DNA from: Macrostomum lignano
Lineage: Eukaryota
DNA length: 41,423 nucleotides
Assembly (NCBI GenBank): GCA_002269645.1
Contig: NIVC01004578.1
Span: forward strand, 1 to 41,423
Direction: 5' to 3'
Part shown: positions 12,531 to 24,108 of the stretch, piece by piece
Layout of the letters: the number at the start of each line of letters is the position of its first letter
Position numbering within the stretch: the first letter of the stretch is position 1
Notes under the pieces: generated by a model
What the model saw: the letters and a program-made list of their open reading frames with translations, nothing else
The model's database searches: none
Told to the model about the DNA's origin: nothing
Program-made: the position numbers and the translations under genes

Positions 12531-15135
12531 ATGACGCTTCTTTTATTCTACTATGATGCTTCTTAATTTTTTAAATGACACTTTCATTAGTTTTTAAATG
12601 ACGCTTCTATGATTTTTTCATGACGCTTCTATGATTTTAACATGACGCTTCTATGATTTTTTCATGACGCTTCTATGATTGTTTACATGACGCTTCTATG
12701 ATTGTTTATATGACGCTTCTATGATTTTTAAAATGACGCTTCTATGATTTTTTAAATGACGCTTCTATGATTGTTTACATAACGCTTTTATGATTTTTAC
12801 ATGACGCTTCTATGATTGTTTACATGGCGCTTCTATGATTGTTTACATGACGCTTCTATGATTGTTTATATGACGCTTCTATGATTTTTTACATGACGCT
12901 TCTATGATTGTTTACACGATGCTTCTATGATTTTTTTCATGACGCTTCTATGATTTTTTACATGACGCTTCTATGATTTTTACATGACGCTTCTATGATT
13001 TTTACATGACGCTTCTATGATTGTTTACATGACGCTTCTATGATTGTTTATATGACGCTTCTATGATTTTTTACATGACGCTTCTATGATTTTTTACATG
13101 ACGCTTCTATGATTGTTTACACGATGCTTCTATGATTTTTTACATGACGCTTCTATGATTTTTTACATGACGCTTCTATGATTATTTCATGACGCTTCTA
13201 CGATTTCTGCAGGACGCTTCAATGATTTTTACATGACGCTTCTATGATTTTTACATGACGCTTCTATGATTGTTTGCATGACGCTTCTATGATTGTTTAT
13301 ATGACGCTTCTATGCTTTTTACATGACGCTTCTATGATTTTTTACATGACGCTACTATGATCTTTACATTACGCTTCTATGATTGTTTACATGACGCTTC
13401 CATGATTGTTTACATGACGCTTCTATGATTTTTTACATGACGCTTCTATGATTGTTTACATGACGCTTCTATGATTTTTACATGACGCTTCTATGATTTT
13501 TAAATGACGTTTTTTTGATTTTTAAATGACGCCTCTATGATTTTTTAAATGACGCTTCTATGATTTTTATATTACGCTCTTACGATTTTTTACATGACTC
13601 TTCTATGATTTTTACATGACGCTTTAATGATTTTTTCATGACGCTTCTACGATTTTTTACAAGAAGCTTCTATGATTGTTTACATGACGCTTCTATGATT
13701 GTTTGCATGACGCTTCTATGATTGTTTACATGACGCTTCTATGATTTTTTACATGACACTTCTATGCTTTTTACATGATGCTTCCACGATTTTTTACATG
13801 ACGCTTCTATGATTGTTTACATGACGCTTCTATGATTTTTTACATGACACTTCTATGCTTTTTACATGATGCTTCCACGATTTTTTACATGACACTTCTA
13901 TGATTTTTTAAATGACGCTTCTACGATTTTTTACATGACGCTTTTATGATGTTTTAGATGACGCTTCTATGATTTTTTACATGACGCTTCTATGATTTTT
14001 ACATGACGCTTCTATGATTGTTTACACGATGCTTCTATGATTTTTTACATGACGCTTCTATGATTTTTTACATGACGCTTCTATGATTTTTACATGACGC
14101 TTCTATGATTGTTTACATGGCGCTTCTATGATTGTTTATATGACGCTTCTATGATTTTTTACATGACGCTTCTATGATTTTTTACATGACGCTTCTATGA
14201 TTGTTTACACGATGCTTCTATGATTTTTTACATGACGCTTCTATGATTTTTTACATGACGCTTCTATGATTATTTCATGACGCTTCTACGATTTCTGCAG
14301 GACGCTTCAATGATTTTTACATGACACCTCTATGATTTTTACATGACGCTTCTATGATTTTTTACATGACGTTTTTTTGATTTTTATATGACGCTTCTAT
14401 GATTTTTTACATGACGCTTCTATGATTTTTACATGACGCTTCTATGATTTTTACATGACGCTTCTATGATTGTTTACATGACGCTTCTATGATTGTTTAT
14501 ATGACGCTTCTATGATTTTTTACATGACGCTTCTATGATTGTTTACATGACGCTTCTATGATTGTTTACACGATGCTTCTATGATTTTTTACATGACGCT
14601 TCTATGATTTTTTACATGACGCTTCTATGATTATTTCATGACGCTTCTACGATTTCTGCAGGACGCTTCAATGATTTTTACATGACACCTCTATGATTTT
14701 TACATGACGCTTCTATGATTTTTTACATGACGTTTTTTTGATTTTTATATGACGCCTCTATGATTTTTTAAATGACGCTTCTATGATTTTTATATTACGC
14801 TCTTACGATATTTTACATGACGCTTCTATGATTGTTTACACGATGCTTTTATGATTGTTTACATGACGCTTCTATGATTGTTTACATGACGCTTCTATGA
14901 TTGTTTGCATGACGCTTCTATGATTGTTTACATGACGCTTCTATGATTGTTTACATGACGCTTCTATGATTGTTTGCATGACGCTTCTATGATTTTTTAC
15001 ATGACACTTCCACGATTTTTTACATGACGCTTCTATGCTTTTTACATGATGCTTCCACGATTTTTTACATGACACTTCCACGATTTTTTACATGACGCTT
15101 CTATGATTTTTTACATGACGCTTTTATGATTTTTT
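12530..15135. repeat. 23-bp satellite (ACATGACGCTTCTATGATT[T/G]TTT)n inside the Helitron
   Basis: About 2.6 kb, over 100 units, with higher-order duplications. Confidence 0.97.
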
Positions 15136-16209
15136 TAGTTTTCTTGGCGTTAAAGAGCTTTAATTAAAAAAACTCTACTCTCTAAAAATTCGAACCATCG
15201 TTTCTGCATTTAGCAGTTCAGTCTGTTTACCTCTAGGCTAGCTCTCATCGTTTTGATAACATGAATTCAGCACTTATAATTATAAGTTTCAAAACTCCAA
15301 GCATAGAGTAAATCACACGAGGCAGTTCTTACATAATCAATTTCTCAGTCAGTCAGTATCAGTTAACAATATTGTTGCGCAATCTAAATCAAGTCTGGTG
15401 CTACGCTTCCACACTGCATTTTCAATACTGTGACGCAATTCAAGTCGGAGTTACAATTCAGTTATGATGTAATCCATTTCAGAATCAGAATTCAACCAGT
15501 CAGTTTTTTCTCTAGCATTCTTACAATGCATTTCAAGTCGAAAAGTTTGCTTGACCTTTGCAAAAAAGCATGTTTTTCGAATATTTAATCGCTTTAACAT
15601 GGAGCAATTTCTTAGCCAAGATGCATGTACCGTCCCAGGAAAATTTCTGATCGAACAGTGCAAGTTCGAAGAAAATCGGTCCAGCCATTTTTTCTCTAAT
15701 CGATTGCGTACAAACAAACAACTCATTTTTAGTATATAGGATGAAATATTGAAAAAGATGAAATATGGAATGAGATAAAGGATGAAATGCTAAATCAATT
15801 CAACAATTCAAGCAATTTAACACGCAAGAAAATACGCAGTATTTCTTGCAGCAGCATTTTGAATGCCAAAAAGCGAAAGGTGCAGTGTAAAATTCTAAAA
15901 AAAGCAATACAACCCCTCCGAAAATCAGGAAAATCCCAGAAAAAGCACACTTTACTCTGCTTGTCGATTAGTCATCCTATCCCTAACTTTAAAACATTCA
16001 AAAGAAACAGTTTAGATTGAATCTAAAAAGAACAAAGAAGCGAGAAAAATCCTAGTGAGTCACCGACAGGTACGAGCGGCATTCCATTCTGTGTCGTATT
16101 GCGCTTTTTACGCTCAAATGAGGTGACAAATTTTAATCAGAAGCCAATTTCAATAAAAAACGGATTTTGCATTAATTATAATGTAAGACGTCTTTTGTTT
16201 GGAAGGATC

Positions 16210-16590
16210 CTACGTTCTTGGCGTCCCTAGCAATCCGTTCTTTCTTTCTCGAGGCCTCAGCAACTCCGTACCTTTATAGCGTCCCTAGCAACCTGTACCC
16301 TTCTAGCGTCCCTAGCAACCTGTACCTTTCTAGCGTCCCTAGCAACCTGTACCTTTCTAGCGTCCCTAGCAGCCCGCGTAACGTTCTAGCGTCCCTAGCA
16401 ACCCCGTACCTTTCTAGCGTCCCTAGCAACCCCGTATACCTTTCTAGCGTCCCTAGTAACCCCGTTCCCTCCTAGCGTTTCTAGCATTCCCGTACTTTCC
16501 CAGTGGCCCTAGCAACCACGTTCCTTCTTTCTAGCATCCTAGCAACTCCGTACCTTCCTAGCGTCCCTAGCAACCCGGTACTTTCTTAGC
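16210..16590. repeat. 27-bp minisatellite (TCTAGCGTCCCTAGCAACCTGTACCTT)n
   Basis: About 12 degenerate units. Confidence 0.9.
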
Positions 16591-17289
16591 TACGCAGCGC
16601 TTTCCAAGCAATTCTCCTTTAGCCCTAAAAATGAATCTCTAAAGAAGCGCAGTGACAACTGATTTGTTTTAACATGCGAATGCATCTGGCAGAATGGAGG
16701 TATTTAAATAGGACAAATTAGCGAACTACAGCCTTGGGGCTTTCTGGGCAAAATTGCATTTAGCTTTGCAGCAGACAGCAAAGAACTAATCTCAGCCTTC
16801 CAATTCTTGCCTCAATCTCCCCATCTGCTCAGGTCGCGACCCCTATTTTGGCTTCCAATAAACCAAAACCCATCACCCCCCTTCTCCGATCCCAGAAGCA
16901 TCGCAGGAGCACAATCTGTAGCTAAATTATATCTCCCCACCAGCAAAAAACGAAACTCCGAAAGCAATTTCCCTTTCCTTCGTTAGTTAGAGCCCGCAAG
17001 GGGGGGGACAGCAGCAGAGAGAATTCTGCTTCTAGCTTTTAAGTTCCTTCGCTTCGGGCTTCGGGCGAGAATTAGGGAAGGGGGCGGGGGAGACGAGACG
17101 TGAGCTGGAAAGAGGGAAGTAACAAACACAGTGGGAGCTGCAAGTAGCGGTTTAGACAGGGGGACCGGGCAGTTGCCTTGAATTCGTATTTGCAAGGCAG
17201 GAAGCAACAAAAGTTGATACTCGCTGCTAACAAGAAGCGACAAAGACATTGAGGCTGAAGACTGAAGAGGAGGGGCGGGAGAATATGGA

Positions 17290-20140
17290 GTAGAAGAGTA
17301 GGAGACAAGGTAGAAGAGACAGGGGAGAGTAAGAGAGTGAGAGGGAAGAGTAGGAGAGTGAGAGGGGAGAGTAGGAGAGTGAGAGGTGAGAGTGAGAGGT
17401 GAGAGTAGGAGAGGGAGAGTAGGAGAGTGAGAGTAGGAGAGTGAGAGGGGAGAGTAGGAGAGTGAGAGGTGAGAGTAGGAGAGTGAGAGGGGAGAGTAGG
17501 AGAGTGAGAGGTGAGAGTAGGAGAGTGAGAGGGGAGTAGGAGAGTGAGAGATGAGAGTAGGAGAGTGAGAGGTGAGTAGGAGAGTGAGAGGTGAGAGTAG
17601 GAGAGTGAGAGGTGAGTAGGAGAGTGAGAGGTGAGAGTAGGAGAGTGAGATGGGAGAGTAGGAGAGTGAGAGGGGAGAGTAGGAGAGTGAGAGGTGAGAG
17701 TAGGAGAGTGAGAGGGGAGAGTAGGAGAGTGAGAGGTGAGAGTAGGAGAGTGAGATGGGAGAGTAGGAGAGTGAGAGGGGAGAGTAGGAGAGTGAGAGGT
17801 GAGAGTAGGAGAGTGAGAGGTGAGTAGGAGAGTGAGATGGGAGAGTAGGAGAGTGAGAGGTGAGAGTAGGAGAGTGAGAGGGGAGAGTAGGAGAGTGAGA
17901 GGTGAGAGTAGGAGAGTGAGAGGTGAGTAGGAGAGTGAGATGGGAGAGTAGGAGAGTGAGAGGTGAGAGTAGGAGAGTGAGAGGGGAGAGTAGGAGAGTG
18001 AGAGGTGAGAGTAGGAGAGTGAGAGGTGAGTAGGAGAGTGAGATGGGAGAGTAGGAGAGTGAGAGGTGAGTAGGAGAGTGAGAGGGGAGAGTAGGAGAGT
18101 GAGAGGTGAGAGTAGGAGAGTGAGAGGTGAGTAGGAGAGTGAGATGGGAGAGTAGGAGAGTGAGAGGTGAGAGTAGGAGAGTGAGAGGGGAGAGTAGGAG
18201 AGTGAGAGGTGAGAGTAGGAGAGTGAGAGGTGAGTAGGAGAGTGAGAGGTGAGAGTAGGAGAGTGAGAGGTGAGAGTAGGAGAGTGAGAGGTGAGTAGGA
18301 GAGTGAGAGGTGAGTAGGAGAGTGAGAGGTGAGAGTAAGAGAGTGAGAGGGAGAGTAGGAGAGTGAGAGGTGAGAGTAGGAGAGTGAGAGGTGAGTAGGA
18401 GAGTGAGATGGGAGAGTAGGAGAGTGAGAGGTGAGAGTAGGAGAGTGAGAGGTGAGTAGGAGAGTGAGAGGTGAGTAGGAGAGTGAGAGGTGAGAGTAAG
18501 AGAGTGAGAGGTGAGTAGGAGAGTGAGATGGGAGAGTAGGAGAGTGAGAGGTGAGAGTAGGAGAGTGAGAGGTGAGAGTAGGAGAGTGAGAGGTGAGTAG
18601 GAGAGTGAGATGGGAGAGTAGGAGAGTGAGAGGTGAGAGTAGGAGAGTGAGAGGGAGAGTAGGAGAGTGAGAGGTGAGAGTAGGAGAGTGAGAGGTGAGT
18701 AGGAGAGTGAGATGGGAGAGTAGGAGAGTGAGAGGTGAGAGTAGGAGAGTGAGAGGGGAGAGTAGGAGAGTGAGAGGTGAGAGTAGGAGAGTGAGAGGTG
18801 AGTAGGAGAGTGAGATAAGAGAGTAGGAGAGTGAGAGGTGAGTAGGAGAGTGAGAGGGGAGAGTAGGAGAGTGAGAGGTGAGAGTAGGAGAGTGAGAGGT
18901 GAGTAGGAGAGTGAGATGGGAGAGTAGGAGAGTGAGAGGTGAGAGTAGGAGAGTGAGAGGGGAGAGTAGGAGAGTGAGAGGTGAGAGTAGGAGAGTGAGA
19001 GGTGAGTAGGAGAGTGAGAGGTGAGAGTAGGAGAGTGAGAGGTGAGAGTAGGAGAGTGAGAGGTGAGTAGGAGAGTGAGAGGTGAGTAGGAGAGTGAGAG
19101 GTGAGTAGGAGAGTGAGAGGTGAGAGTAAGAGAGTGAGAGGGGAGAGTAGGAGAGTGAGAGGTGAGAGTAGGAGAGTGAGAGGTGAGTAGGAGAGTGAGA
19201 TGGAGAGTAGGAGAGTGAGAGGTGAGAGTAGGAGAGTGAGAGGTGAGTAGGAGAGTGAGAGGTGAGTAGGAGAGTGAGAGGTGAGAGTAAGAGAGTGAGA
19301 GGTGAGTAGGAGAGTGAGATGGGAGAGTAGGAGAGTGAGAGGTGAGAGTAGGAGAGTGAGAGGTGAGAGTAGGAGAGTGAGAGGTGAGTAGGAGAGTGAG
19401 ATGGGAGAGTAGGAGAGTGAGAGGTGAGAGTAGGAGAGTGAGAGGTGAGAGGTGAGTAGGAGAGTGAGAGGTGAGAGTAGGATAGTGAGAGGTGAGAGTA
19501 GGAGAGTGAGAGGTGAGTAGGAGAGTGAGAGGTGAGTAGGAGAGTGAGAGGTGAGAGTAAGAGAGTGAGAGGGGAGAGTAGGAGAGTGAGAGGTGAGTAG
19601 GAGAGTGAGATGGGAGAGTAGGAGAGTGAGAGGTGAGAGTAGGAGAGTGAGAGGGGAGAGTAGGAGAGTGAGAGGGGAGAGTAGGAGAGTGAGAGGTGAG
19701 AGTAGGAGAGTGAGAGGTGAGTAGGAGAGTGAGATGGGAGAGTAGGAGAGTGAGATGGGAGAGTAGGAGAGTGAGAGGTGAGAGTAGGAGAGTGAGAGGT
19801 GAGTAGGAGAGTGAGAGGTGAGTAGGAGAGTGAGAGGTGAGTAGGAGAGTGAGAGGTGAGAGTAAGAGAGTGAGAGGGGAGAGTAGGAGAGTGAGAGGTG
19901 AGTAGGAGAGTGAGATGGGAGAGTAGGAGAGTGAGAGGTGAGAGTAGGAGAGTGAGATGGGAGAGTAGGAGAGTGAGAGGTGAGAGTAGGAGAGTGAGAG
20001 GTGAGAGTAGGAGAGTGAGAGGTGAGTAGGAGAGTGAGAGGTGAGAGTAGGAGAGTGAGAGGTGAGAGTAGGAGAGTGAGAGGTGAGTAGGAGAGTGAGA
20101 GGTGAGTAGGAGAGTGAGAGGTGAGAGTAAGAGAGTGAGA
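17290..20140. repeat. Purine-rich satellite of 21/19-bp units (GTAGGAGAGTGAGAGGTGA[GA])n
   Basis: About 2.85 kb. The plus strand is essentially C-free. Source of the spurious 1039-aa ORF. Confidence 0.97.
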
Positions 20141-21144
20141 GAGGGAAATTGGGAGGGAGAACTTTAAAGAAGAGGAAGGCTCCAAAGCCACACCATTGTC
20201 TAAATAGCCTCAGTGATTGCTGATGACATACGCATGCTGAGGCAGGAGAATGAGAGAAAAATATTTGATGCCATCAGCAGATCGCAAATCAATCGTCACC
20301 TTCGCATTGTAATCTAATCCAAATTTTTAACAGGCTATTTAGCTCCAAAAGAGTTCTGTAGTATGTAGCCATGTAGCTGTGACAGTCCTGGCAATTGCTA
20401 CATTTTGTCGTTAAAGATCTAAGCCGTGGTGAAGCATCTGGTCCTCATCAAATATGCCTCTTATAATTTCCTAGCAAGGCTGGCTGCACACACTGCAGGT
20501 CGCACAAAGTCATCCAGCGCTTGAATGTGATGTGAATGTGTTTGCAAACCGAGGAAAGAGAGAGAGAAAAAAAACTGGTGCCTGCACACAAAGAGTGTTT
20601 GCAGGCTCCGAGGCTGCCGGTTCTGGCGCATTCGGGCGGCGTAGCAGCCAGGGGAAGTCGTCGATCTTTGAACGGGGACTTGGCTTTTCTTGTTTCTGTT
20701 GGCTGTCTTTCAGCAGTGCCTGGCCTGTGCACACATCAACTAAACACAGGCAACACTCAGCACACCCCACACAGAAACACTTGCGTTCCTGCAGAGAGAG
20801 AAGTGTTGTAGCGAATTGCGTAAAAATAATGCGATAATAACAGAATAAACACTGCTGGAGAGGCCGTGGGGAGGGGGGGTCTTCGCTCGTAAAGAAAAGT
20901 TGCAGAGTTCTCGCGTTCCGCATTGCCAGAGGCCAGCGTGGCCTCTGGATTCTTTCGATCAGTTCAGCCAATAATTAATTCATTTATTGCACGTCGCAGG
21001 TTGCTTAATATTGGTATTTTACGGATGAACTAATTTTTTGCAAGAAAAGTACGCGGGAGGCCAGCGTGTCGTTTGAGTTCCTGCACCTCCCGTACACCGC
21101 CCTCTGGCGCTTATTCATAGCGCACTTTTTGAAGCTATAGTCTT

Positions 21145-22045
21145 GCTGATGGCGCTCTTCATGGCAACCTGATGGCGCCCTTTCATGGCAAACATGATGC
21201 CGCCCTTCATGACATCCTGATGCCGCCCTTCATGACATCCTGATGACGCCCTTCATGACATCCTGATGCCGCCCTTCATGACATCCTGATGCTGCCCTTC
21301 ATGACATCCTGATGACGCCCTTCATGACATCCTGATGACGCCCTTCATGACATCCTGATGCCGCCCTTCATGACATCCTGATGACGCCCTTCATGACATC
21401 CTGATGACGCCCTTCATGACATCCTGATGCCACCCTTCATGACATCCTGATGCCGCCCTTCATGACATCCTGATGACGCCCTTCATGACATCCTGATGCC
21501 GCCCTTCATGACATCCTGATGCCACCCTTCATGACATCCTGATGGCGCCCTTCATGGCAACCTGATGGCGCCCTTCATGACATCCTGATGGCGCCCTTCA
21601 TAGCAATCTGATGGCGCCCTTCATGACATCCTGATGCCGCCCTTCATGACATCCTGATGCCGCCCTTCATGACATCCTGATGCCGCCCTTCATGACATCC
21701 TGATGCCGCCCTTCATGACATCCTGATGCCGCCCTTCATGACATCCTGATGACGCCCTTCATGACATCCTGATGCCGCCCTTCATGACATCCTGATGCCA
21801 CCCTTTAATGGCATCCTGATGGCGCCCTTCATGGCAACCTGATGGCGCCCTTCATGACATCCTGATGGCGCCCTTCATAGCAATCTGATGGCGCCCTTCA
21901 TGACATCCTGATGCCGCCCTTCATGACATCCTGATCCGCCCTTCATGACATCCTGATGCCGCCCTTCATGACATCCTGATGCCGCCCTTCATGACATCCT
22001 GATGACGCCCTTCATGGCATGGCGCCCTTCATGGCATCCTGATGA
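21145..22045. repeat. 23-bp minisatellite (CATGACATCCTGATGCCGCCCTT)n
   Basis: About 38 units. An internal block is duplicated (about 21553-21610 and 21831-21890). Confidence 0.96.
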
Positions 22046-22671
22046 TGGTACCCTTTATAAGCTCAACCTGGCGTCTCCTCAAACCAACCAGAGCTCAAAA
22101 CCTCGCAAGTTGCAGCCCCTCCCTAACAGTTCAGGCGTGAATCCAGTTCGCCTACAAGTGTAAAATTCGATAAGCTGGCCTAAGCTGAGTCACACACTGC
22201 AAAAACTCGACAGTAAAAACATGGGCAACATGCTCAACATGACATAAAATATACACTAAGGTTATTTTTTTCTAAAAAAACAACGACATCAAAACGCACG
22301 CAAGGGATGCTCAATCTCAGAGACATGTTCGGTGTAAAAAATCATACTTAAATAGGCTGAGCAACATTGGAGTCGATTCGATCTCACAGCTACACATGGC
22401 GTTCTCACACAGGACAAAGAGCGAGGGTAGGGAGAACACGCGCATCGGGGATAAAGAGGAGGAGCTGAGTCTGGCTGACTCAAGAAAAACAAGCGACACC
22501 CAGGCGGTGACTGGGAGGGCAGCAAGACTGACTTCTGGTGCCTAAAAATAATATCAGGATGTACTAATAACATGACGAGGCGCCAGATACTTTAAATGCA
22601 GCTACTGATACTCCCGCCGTTTACCCAGATAAAAGATAAAATTACCCAGATTAGCAATTCAATTAACTTAC

Positions 22672-22789
22672 ACGGCTTTATTGGCATAAAATTCTGCGTA
22701 CACCGAGCTGCTGCTGAAGCTGCTCGGCGGTAGGTTTTGCACCAATCGAGTGGTCAGGCCTTCGCCACAGGAGACATCCGGCTCGGAGC
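22672..22789 (-). CDS. DDR: DDR-family receptor exon 2 (start of DS domain)
   Basis: CCGCAG|GC-SEPDVSCGEGLTTRLVQNLPPSSFSSSSVYAEFYANKA-GT|GTAAGT. 118 nt, phase 1/2. Aligns to the DDR pattern C..ALGM...IPDS.ISASS.W and fits exons 1 and 3 in phase. Confidence 0.8.
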
Positions 22790-22834
22790 CTGCGGAATGG
22801 CGGAATGGTCGCGTATGAGTCTCCGGTAGATCAG

Positions 22835-23660
22835 CCACTACTCATGATCCACGATAGATCTGTCACTCTACTCATGACCTACAATGGATCTGTCGCTCTA
22901 CTCATGACCTACAATGGATCTGTCGCTCTACTCATGACCTACAATAGATCTGTCACTCTACTCATGACCTACAATGGATCCGTCACCCTACTACTGACCC
23001 CCTCAGATAGATCCGTCACTCTACTCATGACCCCCTCAGATAGATCCGTCACACTACTACTGACCCCCTCAGATAGATCTGTCACTCTACTCATGACCCC
23101 CTCAGATAGATCAGTCACTCTACTCATGACCTACAATAGATCTGTCACTCTACTCATGACCCCCTCAGATAGATCCGTCACACTACTCCTCATTACCCCC
23201 TCAGATAGATCTGTCACCCTACTACTGACCCCCTCAGATAGATCTGTCACTCTACTCATGACCTACAATAGATCTGTCACTCTACTCATGACCCCCTCAG
23301 ACAGATCAGTCACTCTACTCATGACCTACAATAGATCTGTCAGGACTGTCACTCTACTTATGACCTACAATGGATCTGTCACTCTACTCATGACCTACAA
23401 TGGATCCGTCACTCTACTCATGACCCCAGATAGGTCCGTTACACTCTACTCATGACCCCCTCAGATAGGTCCGTCACTCTACTCATGACCCCCTCAGATA
23501 TATCCGTCACTCTACTCATGACCCCCTCAGATAGGTCCGTCACTCTACTCATGACCCCCTCAGATAGATCCGTCACTCTACTCATGACCCCAGATAGGTC
23601 CGTCACTCTACTCATGACCTCAGATAGATCCTTCACTCTACTCATGACCTCAGATAGATC
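22835..23660. repeat. 30/33-bp minisatellite (GTCACTCTACTCATGACCCCCTCAGATAGATCC and GTCACTCTACTCATGACCTACAATAGATCT), left copy
   Basis: Tandem units read directly. Confidence 0.95.
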
Positions 23661-24096
23661 TGTCATCAACACAAGCAATTGCAGCATCTGACAATCCTAA
23701 CTTTTCTAGTTTTATCAATCAACTTTAGCCACGATTCCCTGCCAATGGCTTATATAGGACAACAAGAAGGACGCCCAGGGACAGATTTGATGTCCAAGAG
23801 CGACCTGGCAGCTACACTTTAACTGCTAAGCCTTATCTGTAACTAAAGCCCGGGCTTAGGAGTCGGAAAGCAAAAGAAGCGCCAGAGATAAAAGCGGCGG
23901 GCGGGCTGGTGAACAGTAAATACGAGTTTGCAAGCTATAAAGTAAACTAGCAGCTATGGAGTGTAATGCCAGAGAAGGCAGATGGGTCAAGATGGATTGA
24001 TTTGAAAACTTGCCTCTATCTGTTTATCGCAATACGCGAGCGTATAGTCCACCAGTTTTCTAGAAACCTGGCTGGGGAACTGAAAGAGTCATATAC
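23137..24096. repeat. Left copy of ~1-kb direct duplication flanking the retrotransposon
   Basis: 23661-24096 equals 27186-27621 with 1 mismatch in 436 bp (G24075/C27600). The same order of minisatellite variants precedes both copies. Confidence 0.95.
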
Positions 24097-24108
24097 TCAT
24101 ATATCATA

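Larger units (their letters stand above)
11445..15741 (-). mobile_element. Non-autonomous Helitron (4297 bp)
   Basis: Minus-strand 5' end TCCTATATACTAAAAATGAGTTGTTTGTTTGTACGC...GGACCGATTTT. The 3' end is hairpin GCTCCCC-AAC-GGGGGGC, 8 nt, then CTAG. Inserted between A and T with no TSD. Joining the flanks restores a continuous GAAAGAGATGAAATATT-type repeat. No RepHel ORF. Confidence 0.85.

Noticed and set aside
17072-20191. 1039-aa minus-strand ORF
   Set aside because: Translation of the GA satellite, with no domain content.
20206-20246. C/D-box snoRNA (GCCTCAG stem, TGATGA, CTGA)
   Set aside because: Only about 11 nt between the boxes, too short for a snoRNA.
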